Shown: positions 26,276 to 40,238 of the stretch, in pieces | How positions within the stretch are numbered: the stretch's first letter is position 1 | Layout of the letters: every line of letters starts with the position of its first letter | Source: Octopus vulgaris | Lineage: Eukaryota | Direction: 5' to 3' | Assembly (NCBI GenBank): GCA_951406725.2 | Contig: OX597821.1 | Coordinates: 2,976,001-3,040,000 of the forward strand | Length of the DNA: 64,000 bases | Notes under the pieces: model-generated | What the model saw: only the letters and a program-made list of their open reading frames with translations | Database searches by the model: none | What the model was told of the DNA's origin: nothing | Program-made: the position numbers and the translations under genes

Positions 26276-26980
26276 GAGGCGGCGAGCCGGGCGTTCTGAG
26301 TTCAAATTCCGCCGAGGTCGACTTTGCCTTTCATACTTTCGGGGTCGATAAATTAAGTACCAGTTACACACTGGGGTCGATATAATCGACTTAATCCGTT
26401 TGTCAGTCCTTGTTTGTCCTCTCTCTGTGTTTAGCCCCTTGTGGGTAGTAAAGAAATAGGTATTTCGCCCATCGCTGCGTTCTGATTTTAAATTCCGCCA
26501 AGGTGGACTTTGCCTTTCATCCTTAAAGGTGATGAGCTGGCAGAAGCGTTAGCACGCCGGGCGAAATGCTTAGCGGTAATTTGCCTACTGCTACGTTCTG
26601 AGTTCAAATTCGCTGAGGTCGACTTTGGCTTCCATCCTTTCGGGGTCGATTAAATAAGTACCGGTTACGCACTGGAGTCGATATAATCGACTTAATCCGT
26701 TTGTATGTCCTTGTTTGTCCTCTCTGTGTTTAGCCCCTTGTGGGTAGTAACAGAATAGGTATTTCATCTGCGCTACGTTCTGAGTTCAAATTTAATCGCG
26801 GCCGACTTTGCTTTTCATCATTTCGGGGTCGATAAATTAACTACCGATCACGCACTGGGGTCGATGTAATCGACTTAATACCTTTGTCTGTCCTTGTTTA
26901 TCCCCTCTATGTTTAGCCCCTTGGGGGTAATAAAGAAAGAGGTATTTTGTCCGTCTTTACCATTTGAGTTCATATTCCGC
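26276..26980 (+). mobile_element. Head-to-tail cluster of SINE family B units
   Basis: Repeated core gaggtcgactttgcctttcatcctttcggggtcgataaattaagtacc, with three tails tttagccccttgtgggtagtaaagaaata. Confidence 0.9.
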
Positions 26981-27047
26981 GTATACATATGATTATTCAT
27001 ATATTCAAATAAATACGGTCTTTCTAATACACGCATATATATATATA

Positions 27048-27200
<153 letters not shown>

Positions 27201-27352
27201 TTTCTCTGGCAGTCTGACTGTCCTTGCTTCGCACACACAAAAGACGACAGACAAGAAGACAGATACAGATACGTATGGTCCCATATATACACGTGTTTCC
27301 CTAGGAGGGTCAACTAACATTATTTGAAGTAGACACAAATATATAGATAGAT

Positions 27353-27659
27353 TGGTGTTGTTGTTTGTTCCTTCGCGAGCCATGCCTGGCTCATTAGGGC
27401 CGGTTTCCCGGTTTCCCGGTTTCTTTGGCGTATAGGTTCACCTGGACGGGACGCCGGTCTGTCGCAGGTGCGCTGCAAGATGCAGGAGGAAAGAGTGAGA
27501 GAAAGTTGTAGCGAAAGAGTCAGCAGAAGTTCTTCTGTCGGAGCTCCGTGGAGCTTAGGTGTTTCGCTCATAACCACACACATCGCCCTGTCTGAGATTC
27601 GAACCTGCGATCCCTCGACCACGATGCCGCTTCTCTAAACACTAGGCCGTGTACCTCCG
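27353..27659 (-). mobile_element. tRNA-headed SINE (family C/D)
   Basis: Minus strand: ggaggtacacggcctagtg...ggttcgaatctcagac...gaaaccggccctaatgagcc...(aac)n tail. Confidence 0.85.
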
Positions 27660-28639
27660 CGATAGATAGACAGATCGATAGAAATATTGAAGCAACGTAT
27701 AGGCAGTCAGTAAGCATCGAGCAGGCCCTAGTAGTTATAATAACAACTTTCATGAACAATAATGTTTTATTGACATTGTGGGTTGTAAATTGTGCCAATA
27801 TCGAAGTTCCATAAGCTGAAGGTTACGGTTAGCAGCTGGTTTTGGTAAGTATACGAAAAAAAAAATCCGAGATTTGGGAATGGAGAAGATAAAATCCAGG
27901 CTACATATGTTTCATAGCAAACAAAATATCAGAAGTGGTACTTAATCAAACGTGGATTATCCGCTATCCCGTCGGGCCTAAGATACTTTACTGAAATGAA
28001 GTGTACAGCGTCGTCAAGGGATCCTATGTTGACACGCAGGACATTGATCGAAATAAACATACAACTTTATATATACATAAAGACCGTTAGGTATATGCTC
28101 ATACACAACATATATATAATAAATGGATCTTGACCGTTCTGGAAAATATATTCATCAAAATTTTTTTGAATGAGATTTTCAAATTACAATGAATAGTATA
28201 ATATAGGCTGTGAATGTGTGCATGAAGCTTTTTGTATGCGTGTATGCGTATTGTGTGTGAGTTGTTGTTGGTTTCCTTTTGTCTCAGGAGACAATGGAGT
28301 TGCACATAAACTAATCCAGTCTGGTTTTTACATTTCATGTCTTCCCCAATTTTCTCTCCAGTCTTGCGCAGGCCTGGGATAGATGTAAGAAAATCCTAGG
28401 TAGCCCAATCGTCAGGGTGACCAACTTTGTGATGTGGATTCCGAGGGATAGTTTTCTTTTCTTGACAACTATTTCAATGGTAAATACATATATTTCTACA
28501 GGCATGAATAGAACATAAAAAGCGTCCAAAATTTTGTGCACATATTACTATTAATTCCGTTTGTTTCTAGTTTAGCAGAGATCAAGTATTTATATATGAG
28601 TGTGTGTGTATAAATATATATATTTATATATATATATTT

Positions 28640-28852
28640 AGACCGCCATGTTGAATCGTTAGCTCCTGCACGCATTTTTTTCTCTCCTTGTTTCTCTCCG
28701 TGTTTCTTTTCTGTGTATCTTTCTGTTGAAGAGCGTAGGCTCGAAACGTAAAATACTTGTTTTATTTCTATTCCTGAGTGCCATACTAATACAATTGTTT
28801 GTTTGTACTCCACCTGCCTTCGTCTTTTGTTTATTTTCGTAAAGCTTCCCGT
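28640..28852 (+). mobile_element. Short (TA)n-flanked repeat with a variant minimal hammerhead
   Basis: 28715-28756: gtatcttt-CTGTTGA-a-GAGC gtag GCTC-GAA-ACGT-A-aaatac. Homologous to 14043-14217. Confidence 0.65.
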
Positions 28853-28897
<45 letters not shown>

Positions 28898-29875
28898 ATA
28901 AATATATGTATATATATATATATGTACATATGTATGTAAAGCAATGTAAATTTGAAAGTTACCGCACGTGTGGAAATATATACATATATACATATATCCA
29001 TATGCATGTACATTTATATGCATTTATCTATATGCATACAATGTATGTATATATTCGTATAAATTTGTATATATTTGTATATATTCATTGATTATTAATG
29101 ATAGAAGCATTATTAAGATATTATTAGTTAATTAGCTAATTACATGATTAAAAAATGAATATATAAAATTATGTATGTCTCCTGGACATTTATGCCTTAA
29201 AAAAACATATGCCTGGGTGACAAACACATGCTCTTGGTACCTTTCTCTCTTTTTAACACAACTTATTCATAAGAAATACTTTCTCAAGATGAATTTAGAA
29301 TTCTTTCAACATGTAAACAGTTATGGCCCCGGGTTCAGTTTCTACACATATGTAGATAAACATACACACATATGTGTTTTTAAAGTTAAAACAATTTCCC
29401 CATATGTACACATTAAGAACAGCGTTCTTCTACCTCTATGCTCCTAAACAATTGAAGCTCTATGGATATATATATATACATACATACATTTATACAGACA
29501 TAGGTATTTGTGTGTGTCTGTGTGTGTACTAATGTTCCATAAATTTCTTCCAGCCTGTTTATATTTGCTATCTACAGACAAAATGTCTTGTTTCGTATGA
29601 TATTTAATTAAGAATTTTAATTAATATATCCCAAGTTGTATCACGCAGAAATCTAAGTAGAATGATATAGTTATTCTACTTCAAATAATGTTAGTTGACC
29701 CTCCTAGGGAAACACGTGTATATATGGGACCATACGTATCTGTATCTGTCTTCTTGTCTGTCGTCTTTTGTCTGTCAGTCTGTCTCTCTCTCACCTCTCT
29801 CTCGCTATGTATGTATCTATCTATTTGACTCTCCATGTATATATGTATGTATCTAAGTATGTATGTATGTATGTA

Positions 29876-30217
29876 TATATAAATAAATGGAGTTTAACGC
29901 AGGTGTAATTCAAATACTTTTACTTCTGACATATTTATAAGGTTTTATTTAATATACATATTGTCATATACTCCTCATTTATTTAACTTTTCTTTAATTT
30001 GTTCCTCCTCTTTCTATATGCTACCTCTGACGTTATATCATACAACCTTTTTTTCATACAGTATTAATAGCGTTCAGTTAATCATGATACATATCCATCA
30101 TTTTCTGTTAAAATTGACGAGTTTCATTTCTTTACAGTGATATCTTCAAAATATGTGTCGGAAGTAAAAGTACTTGAATTACACCTGCGTTAAACTCCAT
30201 TTATTTATTTATATATA
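29876..30217 (+). mobile_element. Element with ~52-bp terminal inverted repeats and a decayed hammerhead
   Basis: Arms 29881-29933 and ~30156-30207. Interior: tacct-CTGACGT-tatatca...tgatatc-ttcAAAAtatgtgTC-ggaagta. Confidence 0.55.
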
Positions 30218-31830
30218 ATACAAAAAATTTCACGTAAACCCGAAGTTTCTACGTTTAAAAACAAGTAGTTGCAACCTCTTTACTTGTGTGATTTTTGCCT
30301 TCGCTGGTAACTATTTATCTATTTTTTCCGTGATAATTGTTAACAAGTTAAAAATACACACATCTATTTACGTGTGTATGTATATATGTATGTACGTATG
30401 TATGTATGTATGTATGTATGTATCTACCTATATATATCTATCTATATGTATGTATGTATGCATGTATGTATCTATCTGTATGTATGTATGTATGTATGTA
30501 TGTATGTATGTATGTATGTACCTATGTATGTATCAATCTCTCTATTTGCCTCTCTGTCTATCTGCCTATCTGTCTATTTATCTATCTATAAATTTATTTA
30601 TCTAGCTCTCGATCGATCAATCTCTCTTTGAATTCATGCAATAACTGATTCACTGTGTACGTATATACATTCTATACTTGAATATACGCATACCAGTAGT
30701 TATTTACGGATACATATATTTGTCCATAAGTGCTCACGCACACACAAACATACATACTTATACATATATTTATGTATATTACTCTGTGTGTATGAATATA
30801 TGTTTGTGTGTATGTGTATTTTTGCGTGTCTGTATATATGTGTATATGTATCTCCTGCTAAGTGTAGAATGTTTCTTCCAGATTTCACGCACCGCATAAC
30901 CTGTGCCAAATGAATACATTGTCTTAATCAAGTTAACTTATGATAGAGATAAATTTAAAATGATCCTTCAGGTATGTCATAAAAATAACAGATATTAACT
31001 TAATTTCAACATCTTCGCTCATATTATTTCATACCAAAACAATTTAACTGGAGCCTAATGAAATAGGATTGCGAATAATAGTTATGAATATCTCAAAACA
31101 TTTCCTAACTCATCCACAATTTTAACAAAATTGAACTTTCTTATTAAGTATTATTTCACCTAAATATACTTCACAAATATTGGTCTTGATACTGAAAATT
31201 GTTATGAAAATTGACAGATATATTCCATCTAGTTGAAATATGCCTCTCTGCCAATACTGATTTAACCTACTGGCCTAGCATTATGGGAAATCAATTCTTC
31301 AATTTACTCATGCATTCTCCATCTAAAAATCTATAACTGTTTCATTAACACCATCTAATTTCACACTTTCAAAATCCATGAAAGTATAATTTGATTCACA
31401 ATCACAGAAATGAAGATGAAATCGCTGAACAACAGAAATTGGAAAACGAAAGTAGGATGATGAAATACGCAGAAGGATGAAACCAGTTGTGACGAAAGCA
31501 ATGCGGGTTATGATCTTGTCAACAATAATGCTGATGATTATTCGGTTCTTGATTTCCCTCACATTATAGGGTCGAAGATCAAGATATGCCAGTATATAAT
31601 AAACATATAGTTAAGGAATCGACGGGTGTAAAATTCATAGCAAATGTTTCAGTGGATAGTTATTTTATAAAATATAAAATATGCTTTATATATTTCGACA
31701 AAACATTATTCAATGGTCAAATTCTTGTGATTTCAGGATGTTATATGTTAGATATTTAACAGCTACGGGAAGCGAGTCGAGCCACGGCATACAAGTGTTC
31801 TAATTATTAGGTACATAATGATCATTTTGT

Positions 31831-32120
31831 GGAGGCACATGGTCTAGTGGTTAGAGCAGTGGACTTGCGGTCGAGGGATCGTGGGTTTGAATCTCAGACC
31901 GGGCGATGTATGTTTATGAGCGAAACACTAAGCTCCACGCTGCTCCAGCAGGAGATAATGGTAAACCTCTGCCGACTCTTTCGCCACAACATTCTCTCAC
32001 TCTTGCATCTAGTGGCGGACCGGCTTACCGTTCAGGTGGAGGAATTTATACGCCAATAAAACCGGAAAACCGGCCCCAATGAACCAGACATGGCTCAAGA
32101 AGGAACAAACAACAACAACA
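31831..32120 (+). mobile_element. tRNA-headed SINE (family C/D)
   Basis: ggaggcacatggtctagtggttagagc...gggtttgaatctcagacc...aggaacaaacaacaac. Homologous to 27353-27659. Confidence 0.85.
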
Positions 32121-33599
32121 TAATATTTTAAATCAATTTAAGGACAGACATTGATCTACGGAACTATGAACGACTACTTTCCTTCTCTAACAATACCATT
32201 TTATTTGTTTAAGAAAGAAGTTGGTGGCGATATTTAACAAAACTAAAGCTTCCGTGGATTAATTTTATCGTTATTGGTGAGTGCAAACAGCTCAGATCTA
32301 TTTCATAAAACATTCCTATTGTCGACGTTATTCTCACTGTAACCGGATTGTCTAATGTGATCTTCATATTTGAATATAGTGGTATGTTCGTGTACAAATA
32401 TTTGACTGTCATTTTTATCAATATGTAACAGCATGTAGAGACTGTCTCGTTTCCTCGTTCTAAAAATTGATTGCTGATCGAAGAGGTACTGATATAAAAG
32501 ATGAATTTAAAGGATGAAAGAGTACGGTTAATTAATTTGATGGATAAAACACATAGACTAGTAAATATTGACTGGGTTAGGCTACAGTTTTAATTAATAT
32601 TTCGATCACATTTCTAACTGATTAGAATGTTTAAAAAAATTAATGAAAGATTACATTCTAGTAACTAAATTTAAGTAAACTGTTCCCTTAGATTCTAATT
32701 TGTATCCACCTTAGAAAAGATGAGATAACACATACGCTGGCTTTCATCAATGTATCCATTTTTTCTCATCTTAATAAGAGCGTAATTCGAAAGTTAATAT
32801 CGATGTTCCATAATAAACGTTTTCCAAGGTGTAAATTAAAATGTCTCACTAATTAAGCCAGTGTTTCACTAAATTAAAAGATGTGGATATAACGCAATGC
32901 AAGCATAAGCTGTTTCTTCTTATGGTTCACGTAAATATATGTTAGCGTACAAACACGTATATTTATACGCACGCAAAATTGAATTTTCGCCGGTTTCCAC
33001 GATGAGTATTCTGGCTGTTCACCTGTTCTAACTACCCCAGTACTGTATTATCTGGTCGGAAGAAGAAATATTTATAATTTAATACAATGTTTAGGTGTAT
33101 CTACCTAATAACACTGACGTTGTGCCTGACAAAACTAAATATTATGATTGCAGGTATAGTTGCAGCACCGTGCCTCCACAAACTTTGTGTTAATTCAATT
33201 TCAACCGATAGACCATGCTACTAAACCAGTTGAAAAGGGAAGATAATATTCACACTCAAGTTAAGACATGCCATCGTGGAAAATGCAGTTCGACTGTTTT
33301 CTGTGCAAAGACGTAATTCTATCTCAACTGAAGTCAAAAGCACAGTTAATTTGAGGGAAGTCCTACCCATTAAAAAAATCTTCCCGCTTCACAAAGCATT
33401 TTCTCTTTTCTATTACGGAAGTTAATTCTGATGAATTAATAGCTTCTCTTGTATTTTTCAGGTATATTTACTTGTTGTTCTTGCTCGTATTCATGTCACG
33501 GAAGTTGTTTAGTTATTTTATTTAGCTATTTTAATTTCAGAAGATTTAAAATACGAAAAAAAAAAAATTCATAAATGATGTCTCTCCTCTTTATATAAA

Positions 33600-33960
33600 C
33601 CGCAGACGTTACTGTGTGGTAAGTAGTCTGCATCCCAACCACATGGATCCGGGTTCAGCCCCACTGCGTGGCATCTTCGTCCAATATTTTCTACTTACCA
33701 CCCAAAGATTTGTGAGTGGATTTGGCAGACGGAAACTGAAAGAAACCCGTCTTATATATGTATATATATATATATATATCTGAGTGTGAGTGAGTCTTTG
33801 CTTTTAGGTTTGTCCACCACCGCTTGATAACCGGTACTGGTGTGTTAACGTCGTCGTAAGTTAACGTTCCGTCTAAAGGCACCGATTGAAAACGTACCAG
33901 AGGCGGTGCACCAGTATAGTGACAGTCTAATGAGTGAAGCAAGTAAAAGGTTAAAGATTA
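33600..33960 (+). mobile_element. Diverged SINE family A
   Basis: ctgtgtggtaagtag...gtgagtggatttggcagacggaaactgaaagaa...ggcggtgcaccagtat. Confidence 0.8.
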
Positions 33961-34435
33961 TAATTAAGCATCTTATCTGCTGTTGGGATCAAGGTAGAAT
34001 AGTAAATTAATTTGATATGTCATACTTAGGTAGTGTGTCCTCAGCTTCTCGTCACTAGAAATAGAAGATACTTCTATTCTGATGTCCTACATATATTGAA
34101 TATTTATTGATTCCTGAGATTATCAAACTCTGTCAACCAGTCTTGATCACAATACCAGATAACTTTGAAATTTTAACTTTTGATTATATATGGTATTGGA
34201 TAGGTTGTTTGTATCTAATTTTTCATATTCATGGCAGAAGCACTCTTAGTTATTTTCCTTAGTTAATATGATTTTCCAAAAGCATATTTTCGTTTTTTTA
34301 ACATTGTTAGAAAGTCATCTGTTATGAATAAAAAAGAAACTAAACAACAGTAAAATTACTCAATGATAAGAAATAATAAAGTTATATATACATATATATA
34401 TATATATATATACTCCCTCCATATATACACTCCCT

Positions 34436-34495
<60 letters not shown>

Positions 34496-34641
34496 TTGAA
34501 GTAGATAAATGAATTATCTTATTACGGATTATTCAAATGATAACCGATACCTGGGTAGCAAAAATCACAACAGAAAAAGCACGGTTTAGGTTACGACCAT
34601 GGGGTCTAAAATCCGTGCCTTAGTGCGGAAATTTGAAGTTT

Positions 34642-34927
34642 TATATATTTAGTGTAGGAAGAAATGGAGCTGAACGAAGACTTTTTATTATTTTCTACAT
34701 ATGTTTCAAAAGCTGCAACGTCCCTAATTCGGATTGAATAAGGAGTCCATTTTGCAGCCTTCTCTTCAGGAAAATCCAGGAACTTAATTCTCCAACAAAA
34801 TGCACAGAAAGCTTATTCAATCCAAATTAGGGACTTTACAGCTTTTGAAACATATGTAGAAAATAATAAAAAGGAATTTTGTTAAGTCTTCGTTCAGCTC
34901 CATTTCTTCCTACACCAAATATATATA
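34642..34927 (-). mobile_element. Fold-back element (~100-bp inverted arms) with an intact minus-strand hammerhead
   Basis: 34691-34774, minus strand: ttttc-CTGAAGA-gaaggctgcaa...ttgcagctttt-GAA-ACATATGT-A-gaaaa. Same family as 6076-6200. Confidence 0.85.
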
Positions 34928-37489
34928 TAGTAAACTCAAATAAAGGAATAAAAAATTAATAAAATAATTGATAAAATATGAACATGAAGTAGCTTGATGC
35001 TCGGTGAAAAGAGAGAGCTTGACGTTTGGAGCATAACTCTTTGTCGGAAATTTAGATAGGTGACTTTAAAATGAAGTATCCGCACTTCGTTTTGTGTATG
35101 TCGCTTGCAGTGTGGGGCACGACATAATTGAATCAAACGTAACCCACTGCGCAGAAGAAACCTCATCAGGTTATGTTGCAGTGAAAATTGTACACTCCAT
35201 TTCACATGACAAAACGTCCATTGGAGTCAGCTGTAGTCAGTGTCAGTTACGTGATACATACGGGTTCGAATTACTGTGAAGATAGACGTTACAAAATCAT
35301 TGTCTTACGGAGCTATCAGCGATAGCACGATAGACGAGTCAAAGATAAGACGCAGAATACCGCCACGACATAATTGTGGCGACAAAAATATTACAATGTT
35401 AACAACAACAGAGAATTGCACGCGGATCCACATTACAACAGGTTACATTATGCGTTACAATGTTATATGTACATGTCACTACTGTGTTATAATACGTACA
35501 TTTCACCGCACACAGTAGAAAAATGTACCTATTATAACATTGTAACTTATTATGTGACCTTGTGATGTGTCTTCTGCACTGTGGTGTGCCTTACATTCCA
35601 GTGCGGTGTACCCCGCCACCTAAGGGGCAGTGGAGTTAGAAGCTAAGACGATCGCTGGGCTAAGTAAATCTTACGGTACACTCTGTCTTCCCTATCAATT
35701 ATTTAAATTATTTGCATTTGCCCGAAGAGAAAATAGATATCCCTGAAAACTTTTGTAATGCCATTTCACGATTAACTGAAATTTGTAGACATCAAATGAA
35801 AACATCCTGCTTAATTTTTTTTAACATTTGACTATTATTAGGACAAATGCTGATTCAACAGCTGCATACTAGGAATATTATCAATGATCGTAAAGCGATG
35901 TGCTTGCAGGATCATTAGCATAGAGAGCAAGACGCATTTCGTCCGTTCTTAAGCTTTCCTTTAGTTCGGAGTCGATAAAGTAAGTATCGGTTGAGGATTG
36001 GGGCCGATGTAATTGACAAAGCCCCACCATCGGAATTGCTGACCGTTCGTCAAACTTTGTTACCAATATAATCAATGATTATAATATTTATATCTTGGTA
36101 CTTTTAAGTAATCTCTGTATAGTAAGCAACTACAATGTAGAGCTATAATACATCAAGGATAAACTGCATATTGAAGTCCTTCTTCACAGCATTATCGTAT
36201 CGTAAATTTGAAAGGAAAGTTCGCGTTTCGCAACCCTGTTCCACTTAGTCTGTTGTCCTTTTTATAGCGAGACATTACTGATAGAAAGAGAAAAGGAAAC
36301 AGCAGAGGTATATCTCCAGTACGTATTTCCGATTCCAGTCAAGGAATCATCCACATACCACTATAGTCTTCTTACTCCCGATGTTCGCCTAAACTTAAAA
36401 CACATTTTCGGGTTTGTTAAATGACCAAATTAGAGTCAATATATATACACACGTCTATTCTTCATGTCTAGTAATACTGCTAAAGTACAACATTATTGTT
36501 TCAACGTCATCAACGGTTATTGTCTTATAATCTAGCTACTTCGAGTGTGAGTATTTTACACGTTTACGCTGCCACAAGATACTTCCTGATAATTGTCACC
36601 GTTCTTGCTATTATCACAGTTCTGATGCATTACAGCAACAATGAACCAAAATTTATCGATGTGGACATGTTAAATTACGCTCTAGGTTAATAAATGTCAT
36701 TTTCTCGCTATCAGAATCTCCAAAAATAAAGCCGACGTAGTTAAGTTGGTAAGACGTTTACATTTGTTATCAGATAAAGGAGAAAAATTTGTTGTCTCTC
36801 ATCGTCTGATCTTCTCCGTGATTATATTGACTATAGCAATAACCGTTTCTGTTACATTGTTAAATCTCTTACACACGTTCCAATAGCTATTCAATATATT
36901 CTATAACATTGAATATCTTCAGACATTAACATAAGTGAACCTTTACTGGCAAAGCCTATTTCGCGTACATGGATGCATTTTTCAATCAAGAATCTAGTTT
37001 TCTCTTTATACGACTAAATTAAATAAGCTATCCAACGATAAAATATAATTAAATAATAAAGATAACTTAAATTGGAAAAACGGCACAAATTTGTGGGAAA
37101 CGAGTAAAGTTGATTAAATTACTGGAACTTTACGGTCTATATATATTGTTTTCTCTCTACCCGAGTTTCAATACAAGCTGTAAATGGAGGTTACTAAATA
37201 CTCCAAAATCCATTTAATCTTGCACGCTAATACGTCCGCCATTCATTATCCGAAATATTTCATACATAAATTCTGCTAAAAAGACATTTGTATTTACATC
37301 TTTTCTGTATGCCATTAACATAAAGTTCCTCTACAATTGAATAGTTAGCATGTCCGCAATTACGTTATTCGGTGTTCGATCCCAGTACGCAGCATAGCCT
37401 GTGAAAAATTGCGTTTGTGTATATCTGAGTAAGCAGGTATCTGTTCGGAAGACCATGGCTTGGGGTTATACTAGTTTTTCATTGTCAAT

Positions 37490-37812
37490 TGTCAAACAAG
37501 GTGGACAGAAAAAGCGCTTTAAGGACTCACTCAAAGCCTCACTGTAGAGTATTGAGATGAACCTCGGCATCTGGGAGATGCAAGCAAAACAACCCCTGCC
37601 AGCCGACAGTGGTACCACCTTTTGCAATGAGTACAGGAATGCGGGGCCACAAAAAAAAACGAGAACTAAGCAAGTGCAAATTCTTGATTTCAGTAGGCCA
37701 CCTGCGTCTCAGACTTCCGAGCAAGCATCGGAATGATTGCTTATAGCCGGACACAAGATGCCCCACCTTCTTCTCATATGTGATTTGCTTGGTCATCACC
37801 AACAACGACGAG
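37490..37812 (+). mobile_element. 3' end of an RTE/BovB-like LINE
   Basis: Translates as GGQKKRFKDSLKASL*...IWE, typical of the RTE C-terminus. Confidence 0.7.
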
Positions 37813-37949
37813 TGTGTGTGCGAGCGCTTCATGGATTCATGTCTGCGTATATATGAGCATCGTATGATTCGACAGAGATATTTATCATTCAGCGGTGGTA
37901 TCTTCACCGTTACAGCATTCAGAAGAGCTCTCAGAATTAAGTATATCCA

Positions 37950-38145
37950 TTTCTACTCTAGATACAAGGTCGACAATTTTGGTGGAAGAGGTCAGTCGAT
38001 TAGATCAACCCCAGTACGCAACTGGTACTTAATTAATCGACCCCGAAAAGATGAAAGCAAAGTCGACCACGGCGGAATTTGAATGTAGACAGACGCAAAT
38101 CATTGTGCCCGGAATGCTGACGTTTCTGCCAGCTCGCCACCTTCA
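37950..38145 (-). mobile_element. SINE family B (tail type 2)
   Basis: Reverse complement of aaggtggcgagctggcagaaacg...gtcgactttgctttcatctttcggggtcga. Confidence 0.8.
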
Positions 38146-38288
38146 AAATTAAATATATCAATGCACTCACAAGTAAGGGATGACTTTAAAAATGTATGCT
38201 ATCCTCCTTTCTCCGAATAAGCCATGAGAATGCGAGGTCTAGAACCGCTTTACGTAACATTATTTACATCTAATATTAGAGTAAATAT

Positions 38289-38730
38289 AAGGCGGTGAGC
38301 TGGCAAAAACATTAGCACGCCGGACGAAATTCTCAGTGGCATTTCGTCTGACTTTACGTTGTGAGTTCAAATTCTGCCAAGGTCGACTTTGACTTTCATC
38401 CTTTCGGGGTCGATAAATTAAGTACCATTTGCATACTGGGGTCCATCTAAGCGACCGGACCCTCCCCCACAATTTCGGGCCTTCTGCCTAGAGTAGAGAA
38501 GAATATTATAGTAAATATGTCGGCGAGCTGGCAGAAACGTTAGAACGCCAGGTGAAATACTTAGCAGTATTTCGTCTGTCTTTACGTACTGAGTTCAGAT
38601 TTCGCCGGCGTCGGCTTTGGTGGTCGATAAATTAAGTACCAGTTGCATACTGGAGTCGATCTAATCGACTGGACCCCCTCCCCCAAAATTTCGTGCCTTG
38701 TGCTATTTAGAGTGGAAAAAAATCTTATAG
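38289..38730 (+). mobile_element. Two tandem SINE family B copies (tail type 2)
   Basis: Units 38289-38510 and 38520-38730. The motif aatatta(g/t)agtaaatat occurs before, between and (degenerate) after them. Confidence 0.85.
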
Positions 38731-40084
38731 TAAATATATTTGTACTTTGCTGTGAAGCAACCGTTTTGATTAGGTGGTTTTGTCTGATTACCATCAGCGA
38801 CAAATTTGCCTGGAACGTATCACTATTGCAGTCTCTCAATATCATCACAGCAACAATTGTTCTGTTTAACATTTGTGCTGCTGTCGATACTAGAGTTTAA
38901 GATAATGGGAATCATAAATAGCATTTTACACGGCATATTATTACCCAATACATTTGTGCAGTAAACAAATGAAACAATCAGATTTTCTTATATTCACTAC
39001 TACTTAATATTCTCAGTGGATTTGTATCTAATAGTTTCACGTGTTGTTTTTAAGTATTTGTCTCAAAAATGTTATTTGAATGTACTTTCTATAAATTGTT
39101 CAAATAAGTAACTTGCCTCAAAACCATTCCATTACATGCACTGTCTTAATTTTCCTATAATTTCCTATATTCTCTTTAATCGATTCTGTTAAATGCCTTT
39201 CTGGTTTTGGCAATGACGAATGAGCTTATAATTTGCTATCATTTCTTGAAATATTTGAGATATTATGTTTCTACCTTAAGCATAATATATTATGTGAACT
39301 AAGGTATGATAAAAGGAAATTACTTACGGATGTGTAGCACATGGTGTGATATCCTCAAAACTACAAGCTGTCCATTAAATCATTAGAATTATAATTCTTA
39401 ATATATGAAAATATTTTCCTTAAACATATAGTTATAAACCATGCAAAACAATAATCCCTCAGGTAATTAGAAACCCATATGTAGTTCAAAAAATATAATT
39501 TATTAACCATTTCATAATAATATTAAAATTTTATATATATTTATTAGAAGAAATATGCATCGTAATAAATATATTTCTAGTCTTAATGTTCTTTTCTACA
39601 TAATTTTTTCCATTAATTTTCTTTTACAGAACTCAGTAAAAGTTTCAAAGCTATATGTAATCGGTAATTAGCGGAGTTCATTAATTTTAGATAAGTTCTT
39701 AAATTTTCGATAATTTAGATAAGTTTATAATGGTTGGCAACATAGAACACAACTACTTTGCATCGACTTTATAATTATATTTTACTTGAAATATAATTAT
39801 ATCTCTCATCAACATAATAACCAATACATCAAAGAAAATCTCTTCTAGTATGCTTAATGTAGTCATTCGCTGTATATTAAATAGAATTTAACGTCTATGC
39901 ATATTTTATTTATTTTTATCTATAAGTTTCAGAATTGACAGCAGTGAGAGATATGTCTTTTAACAGTGGATAATTTTATCATTTCTAAACAGGTAGAATA
40001 ACATATGAAGTATACACCAACTTACGAAATAAAAACTTGTTTCTACTGCAAAATATGTGAGGAGAAGATATAAGTACACATTAA

Positions 40085-40171
40085 AAATATCATAGGGGAA
40101 CTTTCCTTACCTTGGACAGGTTGAAAGAGCTGCGACTCTATTCCCTGGAACGAAGGTGGGAGAGGTATGCA

Positions 40172-40238
<67 letters not shown>

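Larger units (their letters stand above)
27237..29771. repeat. Perfect 97-bp inverted repeat pair (27237-27333 and 29675-29771)
   Basis: acaaaagacgacagac...tatttgaagtaga and its reverse complement tctacttcaaata...gtctgtcgtcttttgt. Confidence 0.9.

Noticed and set aside
26276-26980. CRISPR-like or satellite array
   Set aside because: The units are diverged SINE copies with no repeat-spacer structure, in a eukaryotic context.
31323-31600. Possible host exon or acidic coding fragment
   Set aside because: Stops and frameshifts, no recognisable domain and no convincing splice-site pair.
35094-35565. Short ORFs in a moderately GC-rich stretch
   Set aside because: No recognisable protein motif, so a call cannot be supported without expression data.
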